In this document: piece after piece, positions 25,271 through 38,330 of the stretch
Position numbering within the stretch: the first letter of the stretch is position 1
How the letters are laid out: each line of letters starts with the position of its first letter
Assembly: GCF_964204645.1 (NCBI RefSeq)
Contig: NC_134035.1
Span: 8,526,451 to 8,590,450, forward strand
Reading direction: 5' to 3'
Length of the DNA: 64,000 nt
From: Tubulanus polymorphus
Lineage: Eukaryota > Animalia > Nemertea
Made by a program: the position numbers and the translations under genes
Notes under the pieces: generated by a model
The model's database searches: none
Told to the model about the DNA's origin: nothing
Seen by the model: only the letters and a program-made list of their open reading frames with translations

Positions 25271-26015
25271 TTTTATTTTTAGATAAGTAGATCAGTTATA
25301 ACCAGTGGACATTCAGTTTAAGATAAATGGAATTAATGGAGAAATTAGTTCGGTTTGAGAAATACACATTATTGTGACTTCAACTGAAAAAAAAAACTGT
25401 GAAACCGGGAAACCAGGGAACCGAGGAACCTGATGGGAGATTGTTGTCCGTCAGGTAAATCGATCACCGTTTCGCAGAATGTTTAATCAAAGTTTCATCA
25501 GTATCATGTTATTATCACTAATCAAACGATACGTTCGACTCTTGCGTTAGAATTAGTTAGTGTCCATTCGATTTAAACCCGCATCACTATACTCGACGCG
25601 CGCGTGGTACCCGGTGATGCGCGGTATGTCGTTTTGATGTCTCGGATATACGACCGACGACTTGTAATCCGACGACGGTCGCCCGATATATATACGCCGT
25701 AAGAATAATTACCACCCGCGGGCACAGTACTTAACCCTAGTCGGTTTATGATATATACATATATCGATATCATACGTCGGACATCATGTCAGCTTTCATA
25801 CGAAGGTCAGGCGAGTTTGGTTTTACTTTGTTTACAACGCCTCGCGGTCGCAAACATTATTGCAAATCACAATAAAATACCGCTGACCGGTTTCATTACT
25901 TCATAAAGCCAATCATAGGCATTCTCACGTCCATCATTCCGTGAAGTAAATCTTGCTGTAAGGTCTCTTTGATGTAACCCGGTACAACTATTTGAAATGT
26001 TATGCTAATATTATG

Positions 26016-26151
26016 TAATTGAAGAAATCCCACAATTCGAATTTTATATTTTATAGACTATTTCCACCGTATAGTCAACAGCCGAAACGTTTTGGTTTCA
26101 AGATGATAATTTTCATCATATGATATTCGAATTGTGGGACTTCTTCAATTA
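26016..26151. mobile_element. Fold-back pLTR-type fragment pair
   Basis: 27-bp inverted arms TAATTGAAGAAATCCCACAATTCGAAT / ATTCGAATTGTGGGACTTCTTCAATTA; the spacer contains GCCGAAACGTT (hammerhead 3' half). Confidence 0.6.
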
Positions 26152-26379
26152 TTTAAATTGTATCCGTCGTTACATAAACGATTAAGATCATTTGAAACGA
26201 TATCGCTTTGAAGCAATTTGGCGACATTATTCTCATTGTTGCCTTGATTAATCGGCGAAATTTGACTCAATGGTATACGTTCGTGCAGCACAGATTACAT
26301 CGTCGTTTGTATTGTTTACATGGGCACCATCCGAAAAATCGATTGATATCACACATGTTCGTGGGTGGCAACAGCTTAA

Positions 26380-26590
26380 TTGAAAGTCAATGAGTTTTAC
26401 GTTATTCGTCCAGGCTTGTATTAGTTTGGACTTAAAAATATCTGGATTTGTTGGATATTGGTTGAATTTCTTACGCAACGAACGATATTTAAGGTTAGTT
26501 AAGTAGTTTCGTTGTTTCGAACTGGTTCGGTATATGGTAACTGGTAAATTTTCCAAGCGAATGGCTCGCTCAAATTCAGTTCCATCCAAC
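26380..26590 (-). mobile_element. Degenerate RTE-X-like LINE C-terminal coding relic
   Basis: EFERAIRLENLP..YRTSS...YRSLRKKFNQYPTNPDIFK...NNVKLIDF resembles the FE.YL..LP/RTS.H/LRKKY...PN.FK tail of RTE-X-type ORF2. Confidence 0.45.
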
Positions 26591-26711
26591 CGAAGTCGCT
26601 TTGCAAGGAGGGTGACGTGTACCCGGTTATGTTCGACACTTTGTTGCGAGGTTCGTTATTTGTATATTTATATGTTATTTCATAAGCCGTGAGTTGGGGG
26701 CTTGACTTTTT

Positions 26712-27103
26712 GGCCAACTTCGGCTATCGGAGTTAGTCGACTTTATCTACGAACCGAAGTGAAACCGAACGTCGGTTTAGTCGGAATTATAGTCCGGAAA
26801 TGGTGAACGCAACTGCATGAGCACGGACGCTGTAGACGTGACCTAGATTCAAGATGGCCGATACAGCGTAAAGGCGGGTGTATGTCGGCTTTGCGACGGC
26901 TTGCGACTCATTGCGACGCGATTCACTGCGACCGCCAGCGACGATCGCAACTAGTCGCATACAGTCGCCGATAATCGCGTGCAACCGACTTATGCACCAA
27001 CTTGCGACGATCGCATCGCGTCGCAAGGCCGACCTACGCCCGGCTCAAGACCCAGTGCGTTCGGTTATTAGTCGACTAAACAAACGCAAACCGAAATTCG
27101 CCC
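26712..27103. mobile_element. Older TIR element interrupted by a Harbinger-like MITE
   Basis: Outer GGCCAACTTCGG...TTAGTCGACT / AGTCGACTAA...CCGAAATTCGCCC; the same TIR type occurs at 33553-33666. Confidence 0.5.
26872..27045. mobile_element. PIF/Harbinger-like MITE (TAA/CAA flanks)
   Basis: 27-bp TIRs AGGCGGGTGTATGTCGGCTTTGCGACG / CGTCGCAAGGCCGACCTACGCCCGGCT; internal GCGAC/GTCGC repeats. Confidence 0.75.
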
Positions 27104-27790
27104 TCTGGTGTTTCAAATCACGAATCAGTTATCGATATCGCGGTTGTTAACTTCACTCGATACACCATTAAAGCGTATACATCATTAATTAAATATCGCG
27201 GTATTACGACCCGAAGTAACATTGCGTGTAATAATGGTATGTTATCGACTCCGGACGGCGCGAATGGACTTGACTGGTCCTCGCGAAGTCCGATAACTCA
27301 TTATCTATAATGCGAGAAACTGCCTCGCCGTATCGATCAACCGCTGACCTGAAAGTTTCAAATGTCGGTGGCTTTTCCGAGTTCGATAACGGTCCATCTC
27401 CTCCGCGTGCTTCGGTCTCCAGATGCTTCGCCACCGCGGTCCCAGAAGACGCCAAATATAAGATACCGATAGTGGAAATCTGGCAGATCTAGTTCGGTAT
27501 TTTTATCTATGCTTTTAAATGGTTCGTGTACTTCTTAAATAACGGATTTCGAGTGCGTAAAAGCATTAGGGAGCGGACTGTGCCATGTCGATTGATCAAT
27601 TTCATTCAGAAGGCAACATCGAAACGCTCAGAATAACGACGTAATTTTTCTCGTAATAATGGAACTAAGCCGCGTTCGAAACAGAAACGGGAAAGACCGT
27701 GCGCTGTCATATTATTATTATTGATGCTTTCGTTCGCCTATAATAGACCGGTGGTGATGGCTCGGGTAACGTAGAATTTCCGACAAACAT

Positions 27791-27966
27791 AATATATAAC
27801 GAGAATCCCACAATAAAGACGAAAAAATGAAGTCAGAAAAAGTTTCCTAGAGCTGGCAGTTTATCCGACGTCTGGATTATTTTCTTATACCGTATAGTCA
27901 GAGTACGTAGTGGAAACGTCGAATAAACTACCCGCTCAGCGAAACATTTTCGGACTTTTTTTTTCA
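27791..27966. mobile_element. Inverted pair of P2 pLTR-type fragments
   Basis: GTCAGAAAAAGTTTCCTAGAGCTGGCAGTTTATCCGACGT is inverted against GAAACGTCGAATAAACTACCCGCTCAGCGAAACATTTTCGGAC. Confidence 0.7.
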
Positions 27967-29199
27967 TATAGTGCCTTATCAATGGTGGTGGTCATGACAT
28001 ACACAATGAGGCGTGCTGGCGTCCTGGGACGCCATTAAGAAATGTGGTTGCATGTCGATTTATTATCTTGACATAGAATCACATATGACTGATAAAAAGT
28101 TTTCGACATTTTATGTTCAGTAATATCTTAACATAGATTACTATATGGTTAGTAAAAATGTTTTGCCAATTTTATGACGAGCGATCTCGACATAAAATCG
28201 GAAACGTTTTTCTTTTGTTCAAAATACGGATTTTCATCGCACGATCCACTGCGGTCTACAGGCCGGCGGACATCTTTCACGAATTCGATTTTATCTCCGT
28301 CAAGTTGTTGCCGAGTAATAAAAAAGTTTCCAGTTTCTAGGCGCCATTTTGTGGCGGTCCCTCGAGGTCCCCATTGTTGCGATACATTTGCGCTCATTTT
28401 TAAAACATAAGTTTAGATTGAATATCATATAGTTCTGCAGTCCCTTGCTCGACGAAATCAATTTATACACCATTTTAAAGGACATGAAATGCAGATATTT
28501 GCTGGCGATTCTTGGAACTTTTGAACGCAACACTTGAGAACAGTGACGATGTGAAACCAAGGACCGCATATCTTAACCGCGCGTAAAAGAAATCACAATA
28601 TTTATTGATTTTGAAATATCTAAGTATCTCTTAAAGCTATATTTCCATTTTTCACAGATTTTAAAGAGGGTTATTTGCAGTTTAAGCCTGCGTTGAATTT
28701 TTTTGAATATCTTTCCTGACGACTGATCTGTACCCGCTTGAGTTTGAGATTACGCGCAAAAGGGGTCTACAGAGATTCGAGGGTGATAGATTCTGCGCTC
28801 GAGGCTTATCGTTACAACAGCACATTATGAATATACAAAACAAATTATCATCCGATTATACGTACACAAATATACAAGCTGTTACTGTCATTTCATATTT
28901 ATCGATCAGTGGTCAATTCGTGTTTGGTCACTTGTGAACATTTTAACAGATGGATGTTGTCACATCGCTTTGGCGACCCTTCAGTGACCGGGGAACTTTT
29001 CATCCATACTCTTCGACGCCTTATTGGCGTGCAAAGATTTTCGTTAGTTTGGGGAACGTGTCGTGTATAACTAATCTTCCTGATGGTTCCGGGCACCAGT
29101 TCGGAAACAACTTGCTCCCAGATTGAATCTCGTATATACACTCAGAAATAACTGAAACATTGAGAAATGTATCTGTAGGCAGCTTTTGAACGTTTTTAA

Positions 29200-29446
29200 A
29201 GCTGCGATCACATGGAGACGATTTGACCCGGGCCAAAATTAGGCCCGAATCAAATTTTGCCCGCGTCTAATTAGAACAAACGCTTCTAATAATAAACGTT
29301 TAATAATAAACGCTGAAAGCGACGTGAGTCACTTCCGGAACCAGTTGCCATTCATAAGCAATGATTTGACCTGCGCTGAAATTTGGCTCGGGCCTGGTCC
29401 GACATTTTTGGTCGATTTGGCCCATTTTGGACCCGTGTGAGCAGTG
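29200..29446. mobile_element. Degenerate Harbinger-like MITE
   Basis: TAA|AGCTGCGATCACATGG ... CCGTGTGAGCAG with internal ATTTG(A/G)CCCGGGCC-type repeats. Confidence 0.45.
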
Positions 29447-31052
29447 GTGTTCCCGGCCAAATTTGACACAAGCCAAAAACGCTCGTTCGATCGCGGCTCA
29501 CGGCAGACGAAACAGCTACGTTCAAGTTTAACGAGTTAAGTTTTTTCGAACTCGTTGCGAAATTCATTGTTCACGAACATCGGGGATATTTTAGGCAATA
29601 AATATTGGGCAATAAATGTTATTTCATAGCTTGAGTTCACAATGGCCATAATTCGTATTCGTTTTTTCGAAAAAAACCAAATCGTTCATTATTCATCGTT
29701 TGGCGACACTAGGGCGTGCGCGTGCGTACTAACACGTTTGTATTATTCATTAACCATCGCCTCGAATTTTCCGACGATGCGCGAAACGGCTGCACTCGAC
29801 GTCAACTCTCGATCCGACGACGCGTCTTGATCGGCGGTATATTATCGGCGTCGCGCCTGGAATTTCCCTCGACGGTGCACTAATAAGCCCTTCAGGCGAG
29901 TGATCGCTGAATTCCGCGCGTCCCAAGAGCTCGTAAGGTAAAATCTGACGAATCTCTCGATAAATGTCGCGACGTACAACACACGCGTGGAAACTGTAAA
30001 AAGGCTCATTAGACCCGGTTATTAATCTTCGCTAGGGAGCAAGTTATTAAAAAAAAGAATAGCGAAACGAATTGAACGAGGATTTGCACCATTTTCTGCT
30101 GAACGCCGTATGAACCACAGGCCCGTATTTATTGCCGAAGTTCCACCCCGATACCGAGCTTTAGAAAATTTGAGCATCGGTTCCTCAACATTCACACATT
30201 GGTAAACATTATTGACTAGTTTTCGTTCATATTGCTTCCAAACTTTGTTGATTATGAGGCAAAATTGTAGGAAATTTTTACCCAAAATATGCTAGAAATT
30301 ATAAAATTGCTTCTCTTTACATCTCATCTCCGAGCATTTCCTGCGCGAGTTCTCTCGGAACAAGACATTTTTTTTAAATCTTAAACTAGGGATTGACCCT
30401 GTTATATATTTCCGATTTTAGGCTTCTTTAGTATATTTCCGCCTGCAAAATTCTGACCACATTGGAACATTATACCAGAGATCAAGGGCTTTCCCTCGAG
30501 CGAAAAGTCGATTTTTGGGGGCCCATGGATTGGACTACTTAAGTCACGTGTTATGTTTCACTTACAATATGACCGTCAGGTTGCGCCATGTGTAGTCGCT
30601 GAGATTGTAGAGGGCGCACATCGTGTATCACCGAATCAGAGTACATATTGTTGCTAAAATGTAGAACATGAGCAACGGGCCGCAACTGGAGATAGATCGA
30701 ATGTTATCAGTCGCGTACTCTCACACGTCTGGTGTAACTAGTAGTTAACTCCAGTTATTTCGTCGCTGGAATGTATACGCTTGAAGCTCAAGGTAGAATC
30801 TATACTCGAATCTCACGGCAGGATCTGCGCCAGCTACGGGGTACTTCCAGCAGATCGCATGGTGATGGTCTCTCCGCATTGATGACGCTCCCGTTCGAAT
30901 CTCCGTCAGTCTTTGGTACGGGAACTATACGTCAGCCGCGTTAGTTCCGGGTAAGCGCGGGAAGACTACGTCATTCACCGTCAACCTGAGCTTTCCAAAC
31001 ATACTAGATTATCTTTAATAACGCATCCACCATTCGTATTGAATGCGGCAGC

Positions 31053-31178
31053 AGCTAACGCAAACGTGGATTTTTTTTAAATTTTTTTCAATCGGGAATC
31101 GAGCTCACCAAAGTAGCTAACACAGACGTGGACTTTTTGTTTTAATTTTTTCACTCGGGAATCGAGCCCATCGAAGTA
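31053..31178. repeat. ~62-bp tandem duplication
   Basis: AGCTAAC.CA.ACGTGGA.TTTTT...TCGGGAATCGAGC.CA.C.AAGT occurs twice. Confidence 0.85.
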
Positions 31179-33069
31179 GGCCTATACCTTGTATTGGCTG
31201 TTTGAAGGTCGCATTATGTATTCAGCCGAAACCGGCGCCGGTTATTTTCCCGACTGGGAAAAAACGGCATGGAAGCGATGAGCTCGTGGAATGGGAACCT
31301 CTCGGGGTTTCCGCTTACAATAACCATTGAAATATTCAGTGACAATTTCTCGGCAGTCCGGTTTGTCATTCGAGCCGATAATGCAAAAACTTTGATCGTC
31401 ATAAGCGTGCAGCCCTGCCAACCCGATCAGATATGTACCCGAGGGCCACTGCGCGGCATATTGGACCGATAATCCCGGCGGATATCCTTTTTTTAATGCG
31501 CAAAATATCTGCTTTCTCGCGCCACGAGGCGGCAGAATTTGTGATTTCTGACTCGTTTGAATTACCCGATACATTGGATGGTACAACTTGAAACCGTCTG
31601 TAAAGTATTTCCTGATTATAACCGCACTAGCTAAATAAAAAAATTACGCCATTGTGTGGCCATGAGTCCAAAATGACAGGAAAATAAACAGCAATTCGTA
31701 AATGTGAAATCTAGTGAATATTGAAATTCTATAATATAAGTTGGGCCCCTTTTGAAAGTTAAATTTAAAAAAATATTAAAAATCAAAAACAAAATCAAAT
31801 GAAAGTCTTTTCAAAAGTTCGTAAAAGTTAAAGTTAACGAAACCGTTGCCGCTCCTCGAAATTTGTTCGCTGCGGTTGCTAGTTGTTGGTGTGTATCCAA
31901 TTAGTGACTCGCTGTGGTTCCTGTTGTAAGATGTTGATGTCACGCTAGGTGCTTCCAGTGAACGATCCCGAAATTCGACGATCTACGCGCACAGAATTTA
32001 TCGAAAATACTAAGGTTGCTGAGTTACAGCGTGTTCACGGAAATACAACGATTGTTCGGGGTGTTGCTGATCGTGAAACGTAACAGCTATAATTGCGAAT
32101 TGCACCACGTACGCAGGTCCACGAGTGGTCGCAAAAATTCGATAAAATCATTTTTTTTCACAAAGTTTTATCGCCAAGCTGGTTTGTATTGGACGAAAAA
32201 TCTGCTCGTAACAACAGTGTTCTAAAAACGTCTTCTGATAAATCTCGACACCACTCCAAATAAACTGATAGCCCTGCTGGAAATTCTCCAACGGAAAAAA
32301 AACTAATAACGTGATGATTTTGTCAACTGCCGCAAAATAGGGAATTTCGTTTAGAAATAATGAATAATTCGAATCAAATCTTACAAGCCGTAAGAATTTG
32401 AAAAATTCGAGAGCTCGGATTGAGCTTTCTCCTCCTCGAAATCCCAGAAAACAACTCCCTTCAAAAAAACTAAACACACCCTACTTCCTGCAGGGGCTCC
32501 CTAAAAAATAATCTCTCAAAGAACTCGTCGAAAACGAAAATTAAACGATATAACCCCTAAATGAACTTACCCAAAAGGAAACTAATGCAAAAAAAAATCC
32601 ACAACATAAATTTGAAATCCAATAATTTCTCTTCTATTTTGGAAAATGAATTCTCTAAGAGATTAGAAATGATTAAAACCTTTGTGAACCCCACAGCTTC
32701 CGGTTAGAATTCCATCAGCAGATACGAGTCAAAATTCACTACCAACTAAATGAGCCAACGACCTCATAAAACTAGCATAAATTAAACTGGTGAACTAATT
32801 TCACTACGGTCTGCTGAAAGATCGACAAGCACGAACCAAGACAATAACGCTTCAGTTTAAAATCCAACTTTCAATAATGATGAAAACATAAAGTAAATCA
32901 TAGTAATATCAATGACTGAAAAATGGACTACAGGCTGCTCCAACGGAAATAAGGGACCCCCATCATAGTAGGTACATGATATATCGAAATCCCTCAATCA
33001 ATGAGGAACTCGCGACACAGCTATCCTGCCAGATGGCATGACGAGCACTCAAAATCAAATTGTCAAAAT

Positions 33070-33331
33070 CAGTTCATTTTCAATGAACTTTGAACTGCAC
33101 TTTTAGGCTTCCGAAATCACAGGACCTACCAAATATACGAATATACAATAGATTAATTTGTCTACCCTGATATTGGCTCTCACTGATTTGAGAAAAAGCT
33201 CGTTCAGTTTTAACTGACATGTAGAAGAAATTGAATGCGGAAGACCGATTGACTACTGGCGAACCTGGCGGATCCTCACCTGCCATACTCGGAATCCTCG
33301 ATTGCCACAGTTACGGCGCGGGTACCCAATT
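33070..33331 (-). repeat. Repeat family E (near full length)
   Basis: Colinear with 63596-63850 from AATTGGGTACC to a terminal hairpin AGTTCAT.....ATGAACT. Confidence 0.8.
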
Positions 33332-33552
33332 AAATGCGTTAAGAGCTTCACTTGCTTCAGAACTGCGGGTCCCGTATTTCTGTGACAAGGCTGTGTACTG
33401 AAACCGATCGTGATAATTAATTTTTCGTGATTGTGATTTTATTCATTCAATGTCAGTGGTGGGATGATTTACAAACTTCGATTGTCGGTCATAGTATTGT
33501 TCGGCGATATGGCGTTGGTCACCCGAAACGTGGCTCTGCAATGGGTCTGTAA

Positions 33553-33666
33553 GGCGAACTTTGGCCTTCGTCGTTTTTGTAGTTTCACAGTGACGTCCAT
33601 ACTGTAACTAGGTCCGAACGATAGCTATCGTACCATAACTATATACGATAGTGACCGAAGTTCGCC
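33553..33666. mobile_element. Small TIR element
   Basis: GGCGAACTTTGG / CCGAAGTTCGCC termini. Confidence 0.5.
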
Positions 33667-33839
33667 CGCACATACGGCTCCGTAAGTGCGCAATCTCGTT
33701 GTCTTCGTCGCGTTGCTCTAAGGATTGAAACAATTCCTCGAGTCGGCTTATTTCGTCTTGTTATCAATTCCGTAATCAGAGCGACACGACAGCCACTGGT
33801 CCTGACGCTAATTCGTACGAAGACCATATACGTATCTAT

Positions 33840-33868
33840 ACACACACCACACACACACACACACACAC
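33840..33868. repeat. (CA)n microsatellite
   Basis: Near-perfect CA run. Confidence 0.95.
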
Positions 33869-34259
33869 GGATATGTATATACTCATTAGTTCGCGAACGC
33901 TCGCAATTTGTGGCGCTCCGTAATTATCATCATTGTTGTAATAAAGGTCCTGCAGCCGTGTGGTTTTGTCACGTGACAACGCCTTGTTATACCCACCACA
34001 CCCGAGTGATAGCCAAATAAGCTCGTGAAAGACCAGGAGCCTGAGTTTCCGGGACGGATCTACAAGGAGAATATCAAAAGGCGGGTGCAAAATAAAATGC
34101 TTTCAGTTGGTATTTCCTGCACGTAAAATCATTACTGTCAACAAAAAAATGAATTCTGTTATGATTCCTCAGATTTTTCCCGATGCTCGATTGTAAAAGT
34201 CCATCCTAGTTGCGCCGTCTTGGCTTCGATATAAGATCGGTCTATGACCATTTTTGTTC

Positions 34260-34465
34260 TAAAGCCAACCTAACATTTTAAGGCCCGTTCAAAGATTTAA
34301 GACCCTATTTTTGGTCTTAGGTCTCAATGTGTCTAACTTATTTGCACTGGGGCCGGTTTTTATATTAAGACTACTTAGACCAACTTATTTCCAAAGCCGA
34401 TCTTAAGACCTAACTTTAGACCAGCCCACAGATTTAAGACCTCTGATGGACTTAGGTCTCAAAAT
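34260..34465. mobile_element. Tandem degenerate MITE fragments (TAAGACC/GGTCTTA hairpins)
   Basis: AGATTTAAGACC...GG(T/A)CTTAGGTCTCAA occurs twice; a CTG|GGGCCGGTTTT Harbinger-like end lies between. Confidence 0.45.
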
Positions 34466-36227
34466 GTTCAAGCAATGACTATGGAATCGACTTTTTACGG
34501 ATTTTTTCTTTAAATGGGCATTCGAATACAGCCCCATTCGTTAATTAGTCAGGAAAAAAATGAAACATACAGATTCAGTCGTCGTCATTTCGCTCAAAGC
34601 CATTTCGAACGGTCGAGTTTGATTTCAATAGAATTTACATTTTACCTCGGAAGAACTGCGTATACCTGTCAAACCTGTTGCATATCAACTAGTTGCGCAA
34701 AACTGTATTCATTCATTTACTCGGATTTATTCAGATTTTGAATTTTATGATGACAATATTCGAATGATTCTTTTGGTCGTCTAGCGTCTTGAGATGTTTG
34801 ATACGTGACGCTTCGCACCCGACAGAAGCCGAGACAAATCTGGTATTAATACGCGTGTCTTATCACCGGTGCACAGCGGCGGCAATTCGATATTCTTCCG
34901 CGCAATCGAGGCAGCCGCGACGTGATAACGAAACGGCTTTATTAAAGAGCATGCGTCGCCGATAACATCGCGGGGTAATCCAAAACAACTGAGATTCATT
35001 TTGAAGGTGTTCGTATGAATGCGTTGAATAACCATTAAGATCTGAATATTTTACAGTCACAGTTTCGCAGCATTCACTCGACAACTGCTTCTTTTCAGAA
35101 AGCGCGTCGTCTACGCTGAGCTAAGTTACCTCGGGCGAGTCGTGTACTCCTTCTCGCTATAGGAAAACGACGTCCAATTATCCGATCCGACCGGCGGCTT
35201 ATTAACGCCAAAGTTAGCTTCCCGTCGTTTAGTCTCGGTAATTAGCGCGAATTTTTCGACGCGATTAGTGCGTTGTTGTGGACCGGCGTCGCATGTTATT
35301 CTTCAATTTTCTAGGCAGGATCGCGTAAATCCTTCCTTCATCGGCGATGTTATGAGTTTTATTACACTGCGACTTTATTGACTAGTCCGGTCGGTTTCGC
35401 GACTGAGTATAAAAGTATAATCCTAATCTTCTTTCACACGCGATTAAGCCATGTATTGCGACCCGGCAACGCCAATGTAGCAAGCGCCATTTTCGCTAGT
35501 GGCTTCATTTTCTTCTAAATTTTCACTTAGATTCGAATTAATTCTTCTCGTTAGTGAATCAATTTTTTCTATGAAAAATCTTTACAATACGTCGGGTGAG
35601 ACGGTTAATCATATATCTATACGATGACATGATTGGTTCGGATTTGGAAGCCTAAAAATCAATTTCAAATTGCTCGTAAAGGATGCGAGATGTTCGCTTT
35701 CACTACGAATGGCCCAGTGTTTTGTGGCGCAATCTGATGAGTGTCGGTACCCCATAGCAAAAGGCAAAGATATGTGACTGGTTGCATATCGCATTTTTGC
35801 GACTAGAAATGAAAGATCCGATTAGGTTACAAATTAGGTTGCTTATATATAACAGTACCCTTGTATTCTTTTTTATAACTTTGTATGTATATAATCGTGT
35901 TGTAATTCGAGGGAAAATAAAGTTGTATTATATTATATTATACAGTGGCGCCTTTGTACAAATCCTAGCCACTGTCTGCGATTATCTTTTTTTCGGATTG
36001 CAACAGCAGAACGATAAGTCGTGACAATTTTTAGCTCCTTAATCGGGTGTAACCCTTCGATCTCGGGAAATCAAATCCAAATATCACATATCAATCGTTA
36101 CTTTGCGAAAATGTCACTTTACGTTGTAATCGTGGGACATAGTTATATCCGTCGTTAGAAAAGAGATCTCCCTTCCCTCACGCCCGATTCGGGTATATCC
36201 GATATTCGATGCAACCCCAATTTAATT

Positions 36228-36524
36228 GGTATCGGTGGTTCCACAATAGATACATTCTATATATAGTATTTACGTTATTATACCCATAAAGGCACATAGA
36301 CCGGATATTGTCATTTTGCAAGGGGAAATTGTTTGGATAGCTGATATTGATTCCTGCATTAACGGGAAAATTATTTTGCGTGATTTTGAGAAAATGGAAG
36401 GAATGAGAGGGTTCGTTTATTGTTTTTAAAGCGGCTTGGCGACACAGGGTTCGTAAAACTCCTGGTTTCATTTGTATTTGAGTGATGTGTTCACCTCAAT
36501 AGTGCCGGTAACCACGTCCTATAT
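36228..36524 (+). pseudogene. Fragmented SGNH-hydrolase relic of the type carried by Ngaro/DIRS-like retrotransposons
   Basis: Colinear motifs GIGGSTI (36228), RPDIVILQ (36298), WRHR (36437) and SD-(G)VHLNSAGNHVLY (36481-36524, 1-bp deletion). These correspond to SGNH blocks II, III-lead and V (DGxH), with stops and frameshifts between them. Confidence 0.6.
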
Positions 36525-36747
36525 ATTGAATCGCATTTTGACAGCCGATATAACGACGTAGGGTCGTCAGTTTCAAAGAAGTTTACAAAATCTTGAATTT
36601 TCCTGCAGGAATATTTGAGGATTGCGATGGCCATTATATTTGGTAGCTTCTGCATTGCGGATTTTATCGGGGTTGGGTGCATTTATAGACAAGCAAACCA
36701 AAACCGCATAGGTCTTCGGTGAACTTCATTCTAATTCATCTTTATCT

Positions 36748-36822
36748 AGGTACTTCGATTTCCGATTTCAAAATCAAACCCTCCGTTTCATCCACGGCAG
36801 GTGTGCTGGGTTTGTAAGGGAT
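36748..36822 (-). repeat. Repeat family D (partial)
   Basis: GTACTTCGATTTCCGATTTCAAAATCAAACCC is identical to the reverse complement of 48029-48060. Confidence 0.8.
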
Positions 36823-37999
36823 AGACAGCCCAAATAAGTATTGATAAAAATATCAAATCAATCAGATGAATGGGAACAAATCATCTATCCATCTGCGTCA
36901 AAAAAATTAATGATCAAAGTTTCGGAACGTCAACTTGTCTTTAAAGCTCGCTTCGTCAGTTTCGCCGTCGCCAGTCATTTTGGGGAGCGAACGTCTCGTA
37001 TCGTTTGCGGTCAAATCCATCGTTTATATTACATTCGAATGGCGCGATTAGTTATCACTCGAGGTTGTTCTACCAAAAAACCTCGCTTACTGTTGACTGG
37101 TGCGTCAGTGCGAATCACATCTATCTGATTTAGTGTTTTATGCCGATTAATGCGGATATGATTTATTCGCCGAACAGTCGATTAAACGACAACTCGTTTC
37201 TTTATTTTCTTTTTCATCATATCGTCGTTTGCCGCCGCGCCCGACGCGTCTGCGAATCATTTCACGTCTCAGTAAGCGAAGCGTTTCTCTGTTGTGCGTC
37301 GATGTCTCGTTCGGAAACTGGAATAAGCTAGTTTGCCGGGCAGATTCGACGCGGACGAATCGGGGCGGCGCGTATATCCGAACTAATGCGTGTGTAATAT
37401 TAGACCGTAATGATAATCAGGTAAGAAAGGTTTATGAGATGACCCGAGCAGCTCGCTAATGCGTCGATCGTTATATCGCGTAATGCGGCAAACATTAGAA
37501 CCATGAACGGCGTTACGGGTAGACTTATATCCGAATATCCCGAGCGGTCTATCGGCAGGCTAGTAATCGTGATTTAAACTATATTTATATATATATCAGA
37601 AAACTCGCGTGCGAAGGACGATGGAACTTAACGGTTTGCGGCGATGACTGGTAATGCCTCGTGTGACCCTGTAACGATTTTCAATTCAGTTATACATTCA
37701 TCTCACGGAAAGCAATTATATCATGAAAAAAATGAACAACGAACAATGTTGAATATAGAAGAACGATAGAGAAAAAAATTTTCGAATATTGCAGTGCGCT
37801 TTTCCATGCGCGGGCCTCGCAAAGCCATCAGAGGCCGCTAACGCAGTCACCTGGTGAAAGAGAGAGTATAAGGCGAGAGAAGAGAAAATTAAAAACAGTT
37901 TAAGAAATGACAAGACTATTCGTAGAGTAGCCGTGTTAACCTGGTTTAAAATAAGTAACGAGACGAGTAGTACTATATAGGTTAACTATTTATTTGACG

Positions 38000-38037
38000 C
38001 ACGAGCTTTCGCTAATGTATAGAAGCTTCATCAGGTG
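38000..38037 (-). ncRNA. Minimal hammerhead ribozyme in 3' pLTR
   Basis: CAC-CUGAUGA-A-GCU...AGC-GAAA-GC-UC-GUG: intact core, palindromic AGCU stem III, CUC cleavage triplet. Confidence 0.75.
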
Positions 38038-38330
38038 AATGAGTATAGTCAATGGAAAAACAACAGTATTTATAGGTAGACTGACACTAATTACAGAGAA
38101 CTGAGTGAGAAGAGTAATATTACAAATAAATGATGAGTGACTTGATAATTAATAACTAAGTGAGTGAGTAGATAATTAATTAATTAAGGAACAACAAACT
38201 AGTAAACAAATCAAAGAGAAATAAATCAAAATGCAACTATATCAAAGTAAAATAAACATATAGTATATAAGAGCAACGAATAACAAGAAATGGGAGTCCG
38301 AGGTCCAGATACAATGAATAACAAATGAAA

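Noticed and set aside
27204-27492. Overlapping 83-aa and 60-aa ORFs in a GC-rich block
   Set aside because: No recognisable motif or convincing splice sites.
31860-33060. A-rich strand-biased region, possibly a decayed LINE 5' UTR/ORF1
   Set aside because: All frames are heavily interrupted and only a vague PIIVG motif is present; not supportable.
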